NCBI GenBank assembly: GCA_052426225.1
Contig: JBNJNM010000013.1
Coordinates: 1,998,246-2,062,245, forward strand
Direction of reading: 5' to 3'
Length of the DNA stretch: 64,000 nucleotides
DNA from: Zancudomyces culisetae HAW-14-8
Lineage: Eukaryota > Fungi > Kickxellomycota
Under the pieces are notes generated by a model, which was not told where the DNA came from, made no database searches, and saw nothing but the letters and a program-made list of their open reading frames with translations. Below are positions 11,890 through 24,370 of the stretch, piece by piece. The first letter of the stretch is position 1. Each line of letters starts with the position of its first letter. The position numbers and the translations under genes are program-made.

Positions 11890-14751
11890 ATGATGCGATA
11901 TTTGTATAAAAACTATTAATAAGTCTTTGTTAAGTATTATTTGTAAACAGATCATAATTATTTATCTAAAATCAATCGATGATTGCGTTTCTGCAATACA
12001 ACAATATAAGGGGGCTTTAGTGAATGTGTAAATTTAGACAGCAATGGTCTATGCAGAGTAATGTCCAGAAGAATATCAAATGGATTGCCAGATATTTTTG
12101 CAGATTTCGGAAACAAAACTGAAGTTTCAGTAACATGGATTTCACTATATTACTAGAACTTGTACTCGATGTCTCTTTTAACTTATACTGTTTTTTTGAT
12201 ATATGAAAAATGCCAAACGAGGCAGTTACACTAAATTTATTGTGTTTTATTTGTAATAAACCCAAAATACATTTATTACTTTAATAATAAGCCTTTTTGC
12301 GTAAAATAGGACTCATTGTAGAGAATATTTCAGCGAATTAACATTTCAACATGAAATTACTCCAGCAGAATTGCTTGGATATAGTTACGATTCCACTTAA
12401 TTGATTGCAGATAGTTCAACAAACATCATTGCAGTATCTAAAAGAAAATAATTATGCTTAACACGTTTTTTTCAAAAATATTAGACCACTTGTGCCTATT
12501 TCTAATCATCTTGTGACTCCCAAATTTTAACTGTTTGATACCTCTACTATCTGTTATTCAATCCATCCTGTAGATAGTGTGTTGGGTTCAGCATAGAAAA
12601 CTGCAAAAAGTACGTCTATACTTTTATGACCAACTCAAATAGGTATAGCTTTTGATATTATCATCTAGTACTCAAGTGTGTTTTTGGAATTCGTTTACTG
12701 GAAATGATTATATATATTTTTTACAGATTTTACGCCATTTTATAAATAGGGTTTATAGATTTTGATTAAAGTTTGTGCATCAGCATTACTAATTATCAAA
12801 TAAACGATTTTTGAATTATTTATGAAAACATATTCTCGTAGACACATGCTTCTATCTTTAATCTGCTACCAATTCAAATATTTGCTTATATCTGAGGATT
12901 ATTATTTTATAAAGATACATGTGATACCAATCAAAGTACACTCCCTCAATGGTCTTTGTATACATCATATGAGAACTTATAATGGTTAGAAGTATACCTT
13001 TTGTGTTTCATTGCATGTCTGTACCACTTTAAAAGCAATAACGTCAAATCGAATCACAGCTGTCAGAGTTCATGCACACCATTTTTGCACACTTAATTTG
13101 AAAATAGGTAGTTTAAGACCAATACTCTATGATATATTTAAGAAACGCAATAAAAGCGTACTTTTAGTAGATCAAAAATACTGATATTATACAATTTATC
13201 ACTCAAAAATGGATTGAATACTATCTTATGAAGTCCAATAACGAGAATAGCATTCAACTTGCATAGCAAACTATTGAGTGGAATTTATAATATCATTGTA
13301 GTATTGTCCACCAAAATCCTCATTTGAAGATATTTTTTGTCGGTTGTACTTTGCTATCATCTTTATTACCATAATCATATTTGTGTTAGCCAAAGTTTAG
13401 AAAATTTTTACTATTATTAAAAAGCAAGTCGTAAGAGGTGAGTTTTCTATAAATTAGCACTGTTTACTATAAGATTCTTAAAAGTAATAGAAAAATTTCT
13501 GAAAAACGCTTGCTCAAACCTTGTATTAGTTAACCTTTATGAGTAGGTTTTGTACCTAATAAAATAATAACAATAAACTAGTTTTTTTTATTTTCTATTT
13601 TTCCTACGCTGATATTAGTGTTTAGGGGCAATAGCGTTTAATTTTCAATTGAGCTAAATAAATGTCCTATAAAACATATTTATTATTTCCCGAGGCTAGA
13701 ATTAATCCAATATTAGCGCATACCAATGTATTAAATTCCTATTCACCTAAACACGTAGTCACTTACACTTTAGGCATTTGCAGCTCATTTATCCCTATTC
13801 TGTCCATAATCAAAAATAAACTATATAATGATTTGGTTGATTTTCTATTAATTTTTTGTAAGACTGCACTAATGAAGGTCTTTATTATGCAATTTCCTTT
13901 ACTAGATGCAAATCCAGAAATTTTAATCCCCCTGAACCTATTGGTATTCTTATTTTTTTACTTTACTCTTTTTTAGTATTTTACTCCACAAAACTGTCCA
14001 TTAAACCTAACCGAAACTTAAAATTGATTCAGAAAATGGTAATAAATGATTTAAAAGGTATATACATACTATCATAATATTAAAAAAAAGTATTTTATAA
14101 GCAAAATGGCCAGAATTTATTTCTGTAACTCACGTTATATTATTATGAATGACCCAAAAGTTGAGTTTTTGGGTGACCATTTAAACTAATTTTATTTTTA
14201 AATACAAAGGGTTCTAAAGTATCTTCATTGGCTTGACGATTATTTTATTCATTTATTGAAAAAGTACTCAGTTAAGTATAAGTATAACGATCTGCAACTC
14301 AAAAATGTACTAAAAAAGATTATTCCAGTACGCATAACTATTATTATGAACGTCAAGTTTTGAAAAGAAATACAATTATCCGAAATAATATTATTTTTAT
14401 ACACGTATTTCATAATTATTTTTTATTTAATGCAGTATAAGCAACAATGGTTATTATGTACATGTGCAAACTACTAGAACCAAGTATAGACACTATGAAA
14501 TACTAACTTTTGATCACCAACATGATGTACACCAACATAGTACTAAAATTTCATAAACGTAATACTAGAAGGATGTGTAACAATTAATTCAATCTACAGT
14601 TTAAAAATACATATGGTGGTTTCATTTCCACAAAGAAAAAGTATAAATAGACCAGGGTTTCTTCCAAAACTAATTTCTTCTCACTCCAAAAGTATTTAGA
14701 ACTATATCCTAGAGAGAAAGAAATTAGACTTAGAAAACTTAAAAACTAAAA

Positions 14752-15177
14752 ATGGTGAACATTCAGTTGACAAGCGCACTTTTGATTGCCTCAAGTTTTG
14801 TAGCCGGTGCCAACATTCCAAACGCTCCCATGACTGATGCTAACGGATACGGTAACAATAGACCAAATAGCCTTGAGTGTTGCCACGCAAGAACTTTGGA
14901 AATCAAAATGTTTAATACAAACTTCTATAAAGACGAGGTTGGCACAAAAACAGTAAAACCAAATCGCTGCTATAATTTGCCTAACATTAATTCATGCGTT
15001 CTTGATGGTGGTGAACCTGGTGAAGGTAAAATCATGTTCTTCACCGAAGATAATTGTATGGGAAAAGGAAGAAGCAACCTGAGAAGTCAATGGTTATATC
15101 CTGGGAACATGGATGGTGACCTCGGAGGGCGAGCAAAATCAGTACTTTGGCTTAATCCAGTACCTAGAAATATCTAA
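14752..15177 (+). CDS. Small secreted Cys-containing protein, beta/gamma-crystallin-like family
   Basis: Signal peptide and motifs KPNRCYN, SC, NCxG, SVLW. TATAAATA at 14642. Close paralogue at 39387 with a conserved 5' flank. Confidence 0.85.
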   Translation: MVNIQLTSALLIASSFVAGANIPNAPMTDANGYGNNRPNSLECCHARTLEIKMFNTNFYKDEVGTKTVKPNRCYNLPNINSCVLDGGEPGEGKIMFFTEDNCMGKGRSNLRSQWLYPGNMDGDLGGRAKSVLWLNPVPRNI

Positions 15178-15476
15178 AGAGCTAATACTTTAAAACATTT
15201 TATTGCTGTATTGTCCTATTTATTGAACTTAGAATTTGAAAGTACACTAATACCAAATACAAAATAAAAGAGTTAAAGTTGAAAGTTAGTTTGTTCGGAA
15301 TAGCACAAAATTTCTGAATTTAAATACGTGCAATTAATGAGAATCTATTTGTATGGTTAAGTAAGCATTGCGTTATATAGGAATAAAATATAGATTAGCT
15401 TTTAATTAAGATGAATATACTAAAAACAAATATCGGATACAGAGCCAATTTAGTTAATTTATACCAATCTATTGCC

Positions 15477-16244
15477 TGATTTGTGTACCCGGAGTTAGAT
15501 CGGGACACAGGGTCAAAACTGAGAAATCAAAAATAACTAAACTTAATAATAAATAAAATCAACCAAAAAGTTTTAAAAACTCAACTACTATAATGACAAT
15601 ACTAAAGTTCAATAAAAAATTATAATCACATAAATTAGAAAAATGAATAACGAAAAACGAAAAAAATGATAAAAAGTATTATTAACAAGTAATCAATGGT
15701 TTGATATAAGAACAAAAAGGGAAAATAGTATGTATAAAACAACGAAACCACTGGTCAAAAACGGAGTAAAACAAGATACGATCAAAAGGATTAAATAAAG
15801 CAATATAGTTAAATAATTGTTTTAGTATATATAATTAAAGGAAGACTCATGAGAGGATTCCTTAGCTCTTTTAATAGTTTTGATCAGTAACAAAAAGTAG
15901 GATAAATAAATAACAATTGTAAAAGAAATCCAGGTTTAGAATGATTAAGAAGTTTATTAATATAGTGCTACGGCTAGTCATAAATACAAGTTTAAAAAAA
16001 ACAAGTATAGTTATTAAAATCTCGCAACAAAACATGTCATGCTTCATGACTAAACTCAAAACCACATTGATCCAGACTGCAAGAGATGAGGGCGATACTC
16101 ATCTGATAGTGATCGCTCAAGAGTTACTTCTATGGAAGTCGACCCCGAAGAATCAGACGATCCATTTGCTGATAGCATGAATCACGTTTTTTTATAAACG
16201 AATTTCCCGACAAAGAATGAGGTATCACCCAATCTCATCCGACA
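15477..16244 (+). mobile_element. ~770-bp TG..CA element (family X, copy 2)
   Basis: Strong similarity to 33677-34405 (agatcggga, tagtgctacggctagtcataaatacaagtttaaaaaaa, gagatgagggc..actcatctgatagtga). Ends ccgaca. Confidence 0.7.
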
Positions 16245-16811
16245 GTTCGCCATTTTTTTGCTTAACAAAAGAGCTTTGTTATCTAAAATATTTTACTCAA
16301 ATTATCTATTTCAGAGTACAAAATCAGTAAGATACAAAATCCTGGAGTATATATTAGCTACAATTGAGTCCACCTTGTTATATTGACACACTTCCACATT
16401 ATAATGACCCTTGAAATGAAAAAAAATACGTTTTTTTAACAAGCACACAGAATTATAATGCTACGGGGAGCCGAGTTGACTTGATTACCACCTTGTAGAT
16501 CAGTGAAAACAGTGGAAGTTTTAATGCGTTATTTCAACTAAAAATACAGTTTGCCGTAATTACCTTTTATATTTACTATTTGTGCTTTCTTTTTGTAAAT
16601 GTAATATTTTGGTTGTATAACTTATAATTGATCTTGGATATTAAAGTAACATCAGAAAACTAAAAGATAATAAAATAATTTAGATGTATCATGATATATT
16701 TATTTAATAAACAAAAGATTGGTCCTATACTAAAAGATTATCAAAATTTATCTAGGAAATCAGTGAGTGAGCTTCAATACTAAATTCAACTTCTACCATA
16801 AGTCTATGAGA

Positions 16812-19199
16812 TTAATCATCAATCATAGAGTTAATAGCCGATCCAAACCTAGCGTGATTGTTGTTTTTGTATAGGAATTGACACCCACGAGTTTTATCAC
16901 CTCTCTGTGCTTGTTCGATGGGGCTGTACAACAATTCAGTAAAATTAAAGCTCGAAAAAGCTTTCTTATAGCTGGAAATGGTGAGATTTTGCTCAAGTGT
17001 TGGAGACTGGTTTTTATACATAGATTTAGCGTTTGCACTCAAAATGAGATAAAATACGCGCTCAATCATTTTTTTGCATTGACTAAGCAACGTGATATTC
17101 TGAGGTCGTGTATCAAAGTTGACAAAATTTACATAAAAGTCTTGAGGATCATCATCCAAGGTTGAATCATTGGTACTGTGAGCACTGTGTTTTTCAGATG
17201 TCTGTTTTGAGGTACTCAGCTCTTCAAATGGCAGATGAAGTTTTTTTAGCTCTTCAATTATTATTTTCAAGTCAACCGCCAATACGAATCGCTTTTTACT
17301 AGCTTCCTTAATAAATCGTGATGAAAATGCATTATTTCTATCCAGACCTTTTTTTCCATTAATCCTACTCAACAGGAACGGGTCGTGTATCTTTGGATTT
17401 TCTGTATTATTACAGCATACTTTTTTGAGAAAGCTGCTTCCAGTTGGAATCAACCATGGATTATAGTCATATGGTGAAAGCATTTTCATTGCAAAATCTG
17501 GAGGAATGTTTCTAAATTTGGCGTTGGCCTTATCATAACTCTTTTTAAGATTGGAAAATCCAAGTAGTATATAAATGTAAGTTTGTGATAGTTGAGATGT
17601 TGATTTGAGTCTTTCAAAGTATTCAGATAATACATTTTTTCCATTTATGATTGCGTTGAGTCTATGTAGATCTTTTATATATTCCAAGTTCATGAGTTGC
17701 CTAAGAACGTAAAAAGTCATGCTATTTAGCTCCACATCAAACTTATCAAGTGAAAAGTTTGACATTAGCCAGTAAAATATCTCTGTAAAGCGAATAGTGT
17801 TCTCAATTAGCATTATTTTAGCCAGTTTTACCCTCTCTGGGGGGATATTCACACTTTCATAGTAAGAAATCTCTGATTTGCAAACGTGTATGTTTGCCAT
17901 ACAGGTGTTTAGAATTAATGTACAGTAGCGTAGTATAAAGTATTCAATATTCATCACATTCACTATATCTGGATTGCATAGTCCAAATACCAATACTTTT
18001 TTCAACTCATTGTGAAATTTTACCACGACACTCTCCTGAAACTGTATGGAGTTTGTGAATAGTCTCAAGTAGTTTTGATAATCTTTCTTCATGTCCTTTG
18101 TTATTGTAATCTCTCTCCGGTTTATAAAAGTTATATTTACTTGTCTTATCCTGAACAGCATCACATATGAGGCAAATGTATCAAATTTGAATTCTCCTTG
18201 GCTGTTTAGAATCATGCCACCTCTTTTCGCCGAGTTTGTTGTTGGAAGTATAAATTCCGAATTATTATGCCATAAACGATCGTTGCTGGGTAAGTTTACA
18301 AATATGTCCTTCAGTTGTAAAGCCGGTTGAACCGCTGTTGATTCAGATAATAATACGGAAAAAATATATGTGCACCACCAAAGACGTCGTCTAAGTTCTT
18401 TTTCCACTATCAAATCCTCGCTCTGATTAGCTGGTGTTCTAATACAATATTCATCAACTCTATGTAATTTTATTGAAATTGCCAAGCTGGCTGCTAGGTG
18501 TACATATTTTGTGTATTGTGACAGGATTCCAAGTGTAGTATAGTATCTGGCTAAAACCAGCATTGTCCATATACTCAAGTAGTCCGGTTTACTGATTACC
18601 GTTCCCATATACTCAGTAACATTTTTTAATGCTCTTTTACGCTTCTCCTCAGTAAATGCTTCAAAAAACTTATCATTTTTTAATAAGGTTGACCCCACCA
18701 GCAAAAGCATGTAAACCACATGTTTCGGCAATTGAGAACTCTTTATATTCTGTATAAACTGAGGAATCCTTACAACATTCACAAGCAGGGGATAGCGATA
18801 TATAAACCTATCCATTAGCTCGTCTATCACATCTCGCAGAAGTTTTGATAACACTATATATTCTGAGTCCCTATCAATGTTATTTTGAATGTTCATATCA
18901 ATAGTACAAACCTTTATCATCAAATTATGCGTTTCAACTTTTTTATGCTGATTGACGTTTTCCTTTGCGGTAGTTTTCGTTTTATTGACATGATCGTCCA
19001 ATGTTTTAATTTTCTTTTCTATATCCTTGAGTTTTCCATAAAAAATCCTGTATTTAGGCTTTTTATACATACCGTTTTTTATATTAACCCTGAATTTTAT
19101 TATGTGTTTTTTATAGGCATTTTCGGTGTTTGATTTTGATCTCTTCCGTTTGCCACAACTACTGGTAGAGTTTTTACCTTCTTTTTTTGTTTGCGTCAT
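16812..19199 (-). CDS. Fungal-specific transcription factor domain (Fungal_trans/MHR) protein, no visible Zn2Cys6 cluster
   Basis: ~795-aa ORF with LAASLAISIKLHRVD...EKELRRRLWWCTYI...VNLPSND. The N-terminus is basic and lacks the six-Cys motif. Confidence 0.8.
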   Translation of the reverse strand: MTQTKKEGKNSTSSCGKRKRSKSNTENAYKKHIIKFRVNIKNGMYKKPKYRIFYGKLKDIEKKIKTLDDHVNKTKTTAKENVNQHKKVETHNLMIKVCTIDMNIQNNIDRDSEYIVLSKLLRDVIDELMDRFIYRYPLLVNVVRIPQFIQNIKSSQLPKHVVYMLLLVGSTLLKNDKFFEAFTEEKRKRALKNVTEYMGTVISKPDYLSIWTMLVLARYYTTLGILSQYTKYVHLAASLAISIKLHRVDEYCIRTPANQSEDLIVEKELRRRLWWCTYIFSVLLSESTAVQPALQLKDIFVNLPSNDRLWHNNSEFILPTTNSAKRGGMILNSQGEFKFDTFASYVMLFRIRQVNITFINRREITITKDMKKDYQNYLRLFTNSIQFQESVVVKFHNELKKVLVFGLCNPDIVNVMNIEYFILRYCTLILNTCMANIHVCKSEISYYESVNIPPERVKLAKIMLIENTIRFTEIFYWLMSNFSLDKFDVELNSMTFYVLRQLMNLEYIKDLHRLNAIINGKNVLSEYFERLKSTSQLSQTYIYILLGFSNLKKSYDKANAKFRNIPPDFAMKMLSPYDYNPWLIPTGSSFLKKVCCNNTENPKIHDPFLLSRINGKKGLDRNNAFSSRFIKEASKKRFVLAVDLKIIIEELKKLHLPFEELSTSKQTSEKHSAHSTNDSTLDDDPQDFYVNFVNFDTRPQNITLLSQCKKMIERVFYLILSANAKSMYKNQSPTLEQNLTISSYKKAFSSFNFTELLYSPIEQAQRGDKTRGCQFLYKNNNHARFGSAINSMIDD

Positions 19200-21715
19200 T
19201 ATAAAAGCTATCAATAAATAAAACCTTGAAATGAATTAGTTGAGGTGAACTCATCGCAATCAACCATATGCCCAACTCTGGGGTTATATAGTATTATTTT
19301 TATTTCAACCTATTTATTTTCGAGTTTTTCGCTTTTTGATGTTTGGGAGGTCAAGTTTGCATAGGTTCTCGTCTGTTATTTTACAGTAATCCATTGAATC
19401 AATTGAAAGCTGTTAGTGTTTTACATAAGAAAAGGTGATTATAATAAGTTTCTGTAAATAAAACTAAATGACGGGGACATGAAAGCTAGTTTAGCTTCTT
19501 TCTTTACAAAAAAGACATCAAAAATATGTGAAGTGTACTACATCTCATTAATAATCTGAGGTTTATGTAATTCGGGGTTTACAGGTTGTCAGAGTAACAA
19601 AACAAATTCTTTTCTGGTTACGTAAATTTATGCAAAAGTTTACCAAAAATATAAACTTCGCTTTTAGCAGAACTCAAGTACTTAGCATTACTAAATTAAT
19701 AGCCCAATGAACAATTTTGTTGATGGTTTGCTTTAAATATTGCTACACCAGATACTATTCCATAAATTATTAAAGCGATTCAAGAAATATTAAATGAGCA
19801 GTTAATGTTTTATTTTCTCAAAAATAGTGTAGCACATATTATATTAATTTTGCTATTTATATAACAATAACTAAATTATTACAATACTAAACTGAGAATA
19901 TTGACTGTGATCTATGAGAATACGATGAATTGTTCTCGCTTTAGTAATGATTGCTTAAATCGTATTTATTGTTTTGAGTATTACATAACCAATGTTAATC
20001 ATTTAACAGTACACCAATAATAATCTGATTGAGCCTAATAGCAAAAATGTAGCTATTTGGAGAAAAGCAGATAAAAAATTATGGAATTTCAACCAGTTAC
20101 CATCACCGGAAAGTTCATCTCTGAACACCTGCAATTTCACCACTAAACCAAGGCACAATAAATATGAAACCACGATTCAGAGCTAAGAGCCACCATGAAA
20201 ACTAAGAAATCAGCCTTAGGATTAGCAGCATTCAAAGCGAAAAAATAACCGCAGTATGGGTATTGAATTTATATAACTTTTTAACAAAAAAAAAAAACAG
20301 ATGAATAATTCACGCCCAAAGAATTTGTCTAGCATGTAAAGATTCAATGTGTAAAGTATCTATCAATACTCTGCTCACATTCTTCTTGAAGATTAATTGC
20401 TTGAACACACGATAAAACTTTAGTCCAGATTATGATTTATTACAGTATGAGAGTAGGTTTTAATGGCGGATAAAAAAGGCTAATGATATTTTCATTAATT
20501 TATCTATCAACTGAACCATTGTTATTCTGGCGGCATTGATTTTTTTCAGAATAGAATTATTCGTTGAAAGCCAACCGTGAGATTCATTGAAGCAGCAGAC
20601 TCACCATTTGCTTACTGAAGTTGTCCACAAACCCAGAAAACCCATACTGTTTTTCAACAGCAATTTCAGTAGACATTGCATTTTTTATTTCTATAAAGTT
20701 CATGTTGGAGACTCAACTAAATAGGATTCAAGGTTGTTACAACAGTTGGCAAACCTTTATATGCTCAGTTTTAATCGACTTAAAACTACAATAACAACTT
20801 TTATTTTGGTATACGAAAATGTGATGTTCTAGTAACAACCCAAATTCAATGGAATGTTGCATTGTACATTAAACTTTCTATTGTATTATTTATTATAGCT
20901 TTGCACCAATATTAACAATGAGGATAGTCACTAATTTAATATGCTAGTATATTATAGAATTCCAGCTACTGTAAATTATTGTTTACAAAGTTCGCAATGT
21001 ATATTTGAAGTCAATAAATGTTACTTTTATCGAATTTTATCTTTAAATACAGGTATTAAAATGTTCGAAATACAAAATTCAAACAAACTTAAGTGTGATT
21101 TGTAAGTAGAAGAATACTTAGCTTTTGGTTCAGAGTATAAACTGGTATATTGTTGTTGTTATTAATGAGCTTAGAAATATAAGTAGTACTCGAGATTAAA
21201 CTACATATCACTGGCTCTTAGGGGTATTGCAGTTTGATTTTTACCCCATTTTTGTTTTTGATGTATTTAGTATCATGGTGGGTGTAAGAATATCGAGTCT
21301 AAGAATACTGGGTCTTGGGCTTATTATATAGTTATCACATCAACTTTTTTATATTGGCTACTGATATTGATTTATATTCAAAATACTAGACGTTCAATTG
21401 AAGAATATAACCCTGTTGATTTTCCAATTATTGCCATACTAAAATATCACTATTTTTCTTTTGTCCAAAAAAGTTAAATGGTTGATGGGATAGATTGACA
21501 AAGATAATAAATCTTTTGGCACTAATAAAGATGTAGAGTGGTTTTATAATATCAAAAACAAAAATCTGTGATCATACAGGGTATAATTAGCTCTGGTGAT
21601 AGAAAGACAGCGATATAGCTAACAAAAAAAAGAAAAATAGGAATTACTGCTATAATACAATGTTATTTGAGTGAGTGTAATTTTTTGCTCATGTATTTAT
21701 ATATTTATAATATGC

Positions 21716-22110
21716 TTAGTTGGATGAAATTAAAAATTATTGCTATTAAGCGATTTATTAGATAAAACTCCCATCTAATTCCCTTCCGTGCCTTGCTAAA
21801 GTAAAAATTATAAAATTAATAGAGTAAATATAGGATATAATCTGAATTTTAGATTTAAATTTCTATTTTTAGCTTTTTTATTCGTTTTAAACCTTATACA
21901 TTGAAATTGGTTATATGTATTCTAATTAACTTTTTCTAAATTTAAACATTTTTATTTAGATTAATAATATCCTATATATACTGGTATGAAGTAATCGATA
22001 AAGAGAATCAATTAAATAATGTCTATTATAATAAATATTATAAAAATATTATAAAAATATTTGAGACTGGATGCTCGCATAATAATTAAAATTTCATTTC
22101 ATTCAACTAA
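21716..22110. mobile_element. MITE with long imperfect TIRs (same family as 26295-26630)
   Basis: Left end ttagttggatgaaattaaaa..ctattaagcga; right end ggatgctcgcataata..tttcatttcattcaactaa. Confidence 0.6.
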
Positions 22111-22929
22111 CATAAATTATCTGCTTAATAGTTATACTTTTAACGCCCTACTGAGTATTATTTATTCCCAATATTTACAAACGAGACAATTCTAATTTAT
22201 ATTGAATGTTTTTACTATTGTCATTAGGCGAGAAAGAGGACGTTATGTTAATTAATTTAAAACTATGATATTTATTAAATAACCTATAAGAATTAGCCTA
22301 TAAATTAAAGAGAATACTGGTAAAAATTCAACTATGTAAAATTCCATACAAAAAATCGAATGTTGGGGAGGATGATTCATTGAATTTTAATTCAAAAATT
22401 ATTATAGCTGTTCTTAAATCTTACGTCAAAAAATAATTAACACTAATATTATTACGTTTACCAATTCCAATAGATATTGATTAAGGATCGATCCACTCTT
22501 GTTGCTATAAATTTCATTGATATTATGTTTTTCAACAGTTTCGAAAACTTTAGTATCCTATTCTCACTTTTTAATTAAATTAACTTTATAAAAGAATTAT
22601 TAAATTATAAAAATATTCTTAATCAAACCCTACTTGGACAAGCTGTAATGCAAAAAAAGTCTCAAAAAAAATCTACCTGAAATATTATTCCAGTCCTACA
22701 ATATCCAAATCACTTCTAAGTTGATTTTGTTACTTAGCATTTTACCGGACTTGAAATATAGTAATATTTTCCGCTCACACCTACCTTTTACAAACCTGGA
22801 TTGGTTTACAAATTAACTATTTCTATGTATTTTTGAATTGCAACTTTATATTTATCAATTTACTCAGCTATAGTAATAATTCTATACTGAAGCTTTTAAA
22901 CTAATATATTTGGATTTTGAAATCTAAAC

Positions 22930-23351
22930 TTAATTGGCAACCCACATGTAAGAAATGTCACCATTTCTCATACTATGTAGATCAAATTTGCTATCATCAA
23001 CTCTAGGTGGATGAACGCAATAACCATTACAATTAGCCGCATACAAAACTTATGGAAATACTTGTGGGGTTTCAGACCATCAGTTACACAAGATAAAAAT
23101 CTAGGTGAGTTGTAGCATCTGTTTGGTTTGAAACGGAAAGTTACTATAAGATTGGTAACATACATATCTGAAAGTAACTCGAGGTTAACTTTTGCCCGTG
23201 TTCGTGTGCATCCATAGTGACTGTTATTAAATTTGACTTCCGAGACACTTTTTAGACTTGGTATTTGTACGGCTTGGTTCTGTGAATTCTGTACACTTTA
23301 AGCAAGGAATGAGCCAAGTGCTAAGGTACTGAGAATTACAGACTTGATCAT
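22930..23351 (-). pseudogene. Relic of the small Cys-containing secreted family (34902-type signal peptide)
   Basis: MIKSVILSTLALGSFLA* has an in-frame TAA, followed by FKPNRCYNSPRFLSCV. After a frameshift near 23035 it continues ANCNGYCVHPPR..ISYMWVAN*. Confidence 0.8.
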
Positions 23352-24370
23352 TACATATGTGTTTCATTATTCATTTTCGGTTTTAGTTAAAGTTTCTATC
23401 TTCTATGGGAATCGATATAGTTTCTTTTTTAGCTGAACTAATTGTGTTTTATGTACTTTTCTAAACTAAAGGGATTATGTCAAAGTATTTAAAATATTAA
23501 CTATAGCTTTGTGATACACTTCTAAAGCAAAATTATTGTTTTTTAAACAATCTAGATCGAAGCTTTTAAGTTCTAGACACTAAAATTGTATTTCATAGAT
23601 AAAATGTGATCTAAATATCTTAATAATGTTGTAATTTCAACAACAATCTAACAATTTTTACATAAGCCGTCCTAAAAGTAGGTATAACCTATACAAACTA
23701 AAGAAATCTGATAATGATTATTAGTATATAAAGAGGAAACGGACCTAAAAAGAGAAGTAGTAGGTTCTATTAGTTTGAAGGTGGTTAAGGCCTAGTGTCT
23801 TGAGAAAAATTTAAATATACAGCATTTATTATCATAACAACAGTAGTCATTTACCACAATATAGACATTATTTAAAATGTTTAGGTAAAATTCATACTCA
23901 CATATATCAATTTAGGTAATTTTGGAATCACTAAAAAAATTTCTGTACCTTTATGTTGTTTTGTTTGGTGAATTCCGAGTTAATAAAAAACATCCAAATT
24001 AGGTGGTGTTGGTATAAAAGTAGCAAATAAAGAACGAAATTAGAAAACTGGGCGTGAATTTATGGAACTGATATGAAAACTACACACAACCATTCGAAGG
24101 AATTGATGATTGGAAATCATCAACAAATTCCAAATATGACAAACGATTTGGGTAAACAAATTGTTGGTACTAGTAAAAAAAGAGTAAACAAAAAAATGAA
24201 AAAATGTATAAAAACAGTTGAATACGAAAATTATCAAGCCGGCATTTTAAACACAAAGGCATCCTAATAGCTCTAGGCTTCAAACCAGGGACATCCTTTT
24301 AAATTGAATAAAATTTTTTTTTCCTATAAAACTTTCTAGTAGGTATATAGACAACAGCAATCAAAGAGAA

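Noticed and set aside
12000-13400. Possible transposase relic
   Set aside because: No motif or TIR could be identified by eye.
20080-20700. Slightly GC-richer, coding-like patch
   Set aside because: The frames I read contain stops and show no recognisable motif.
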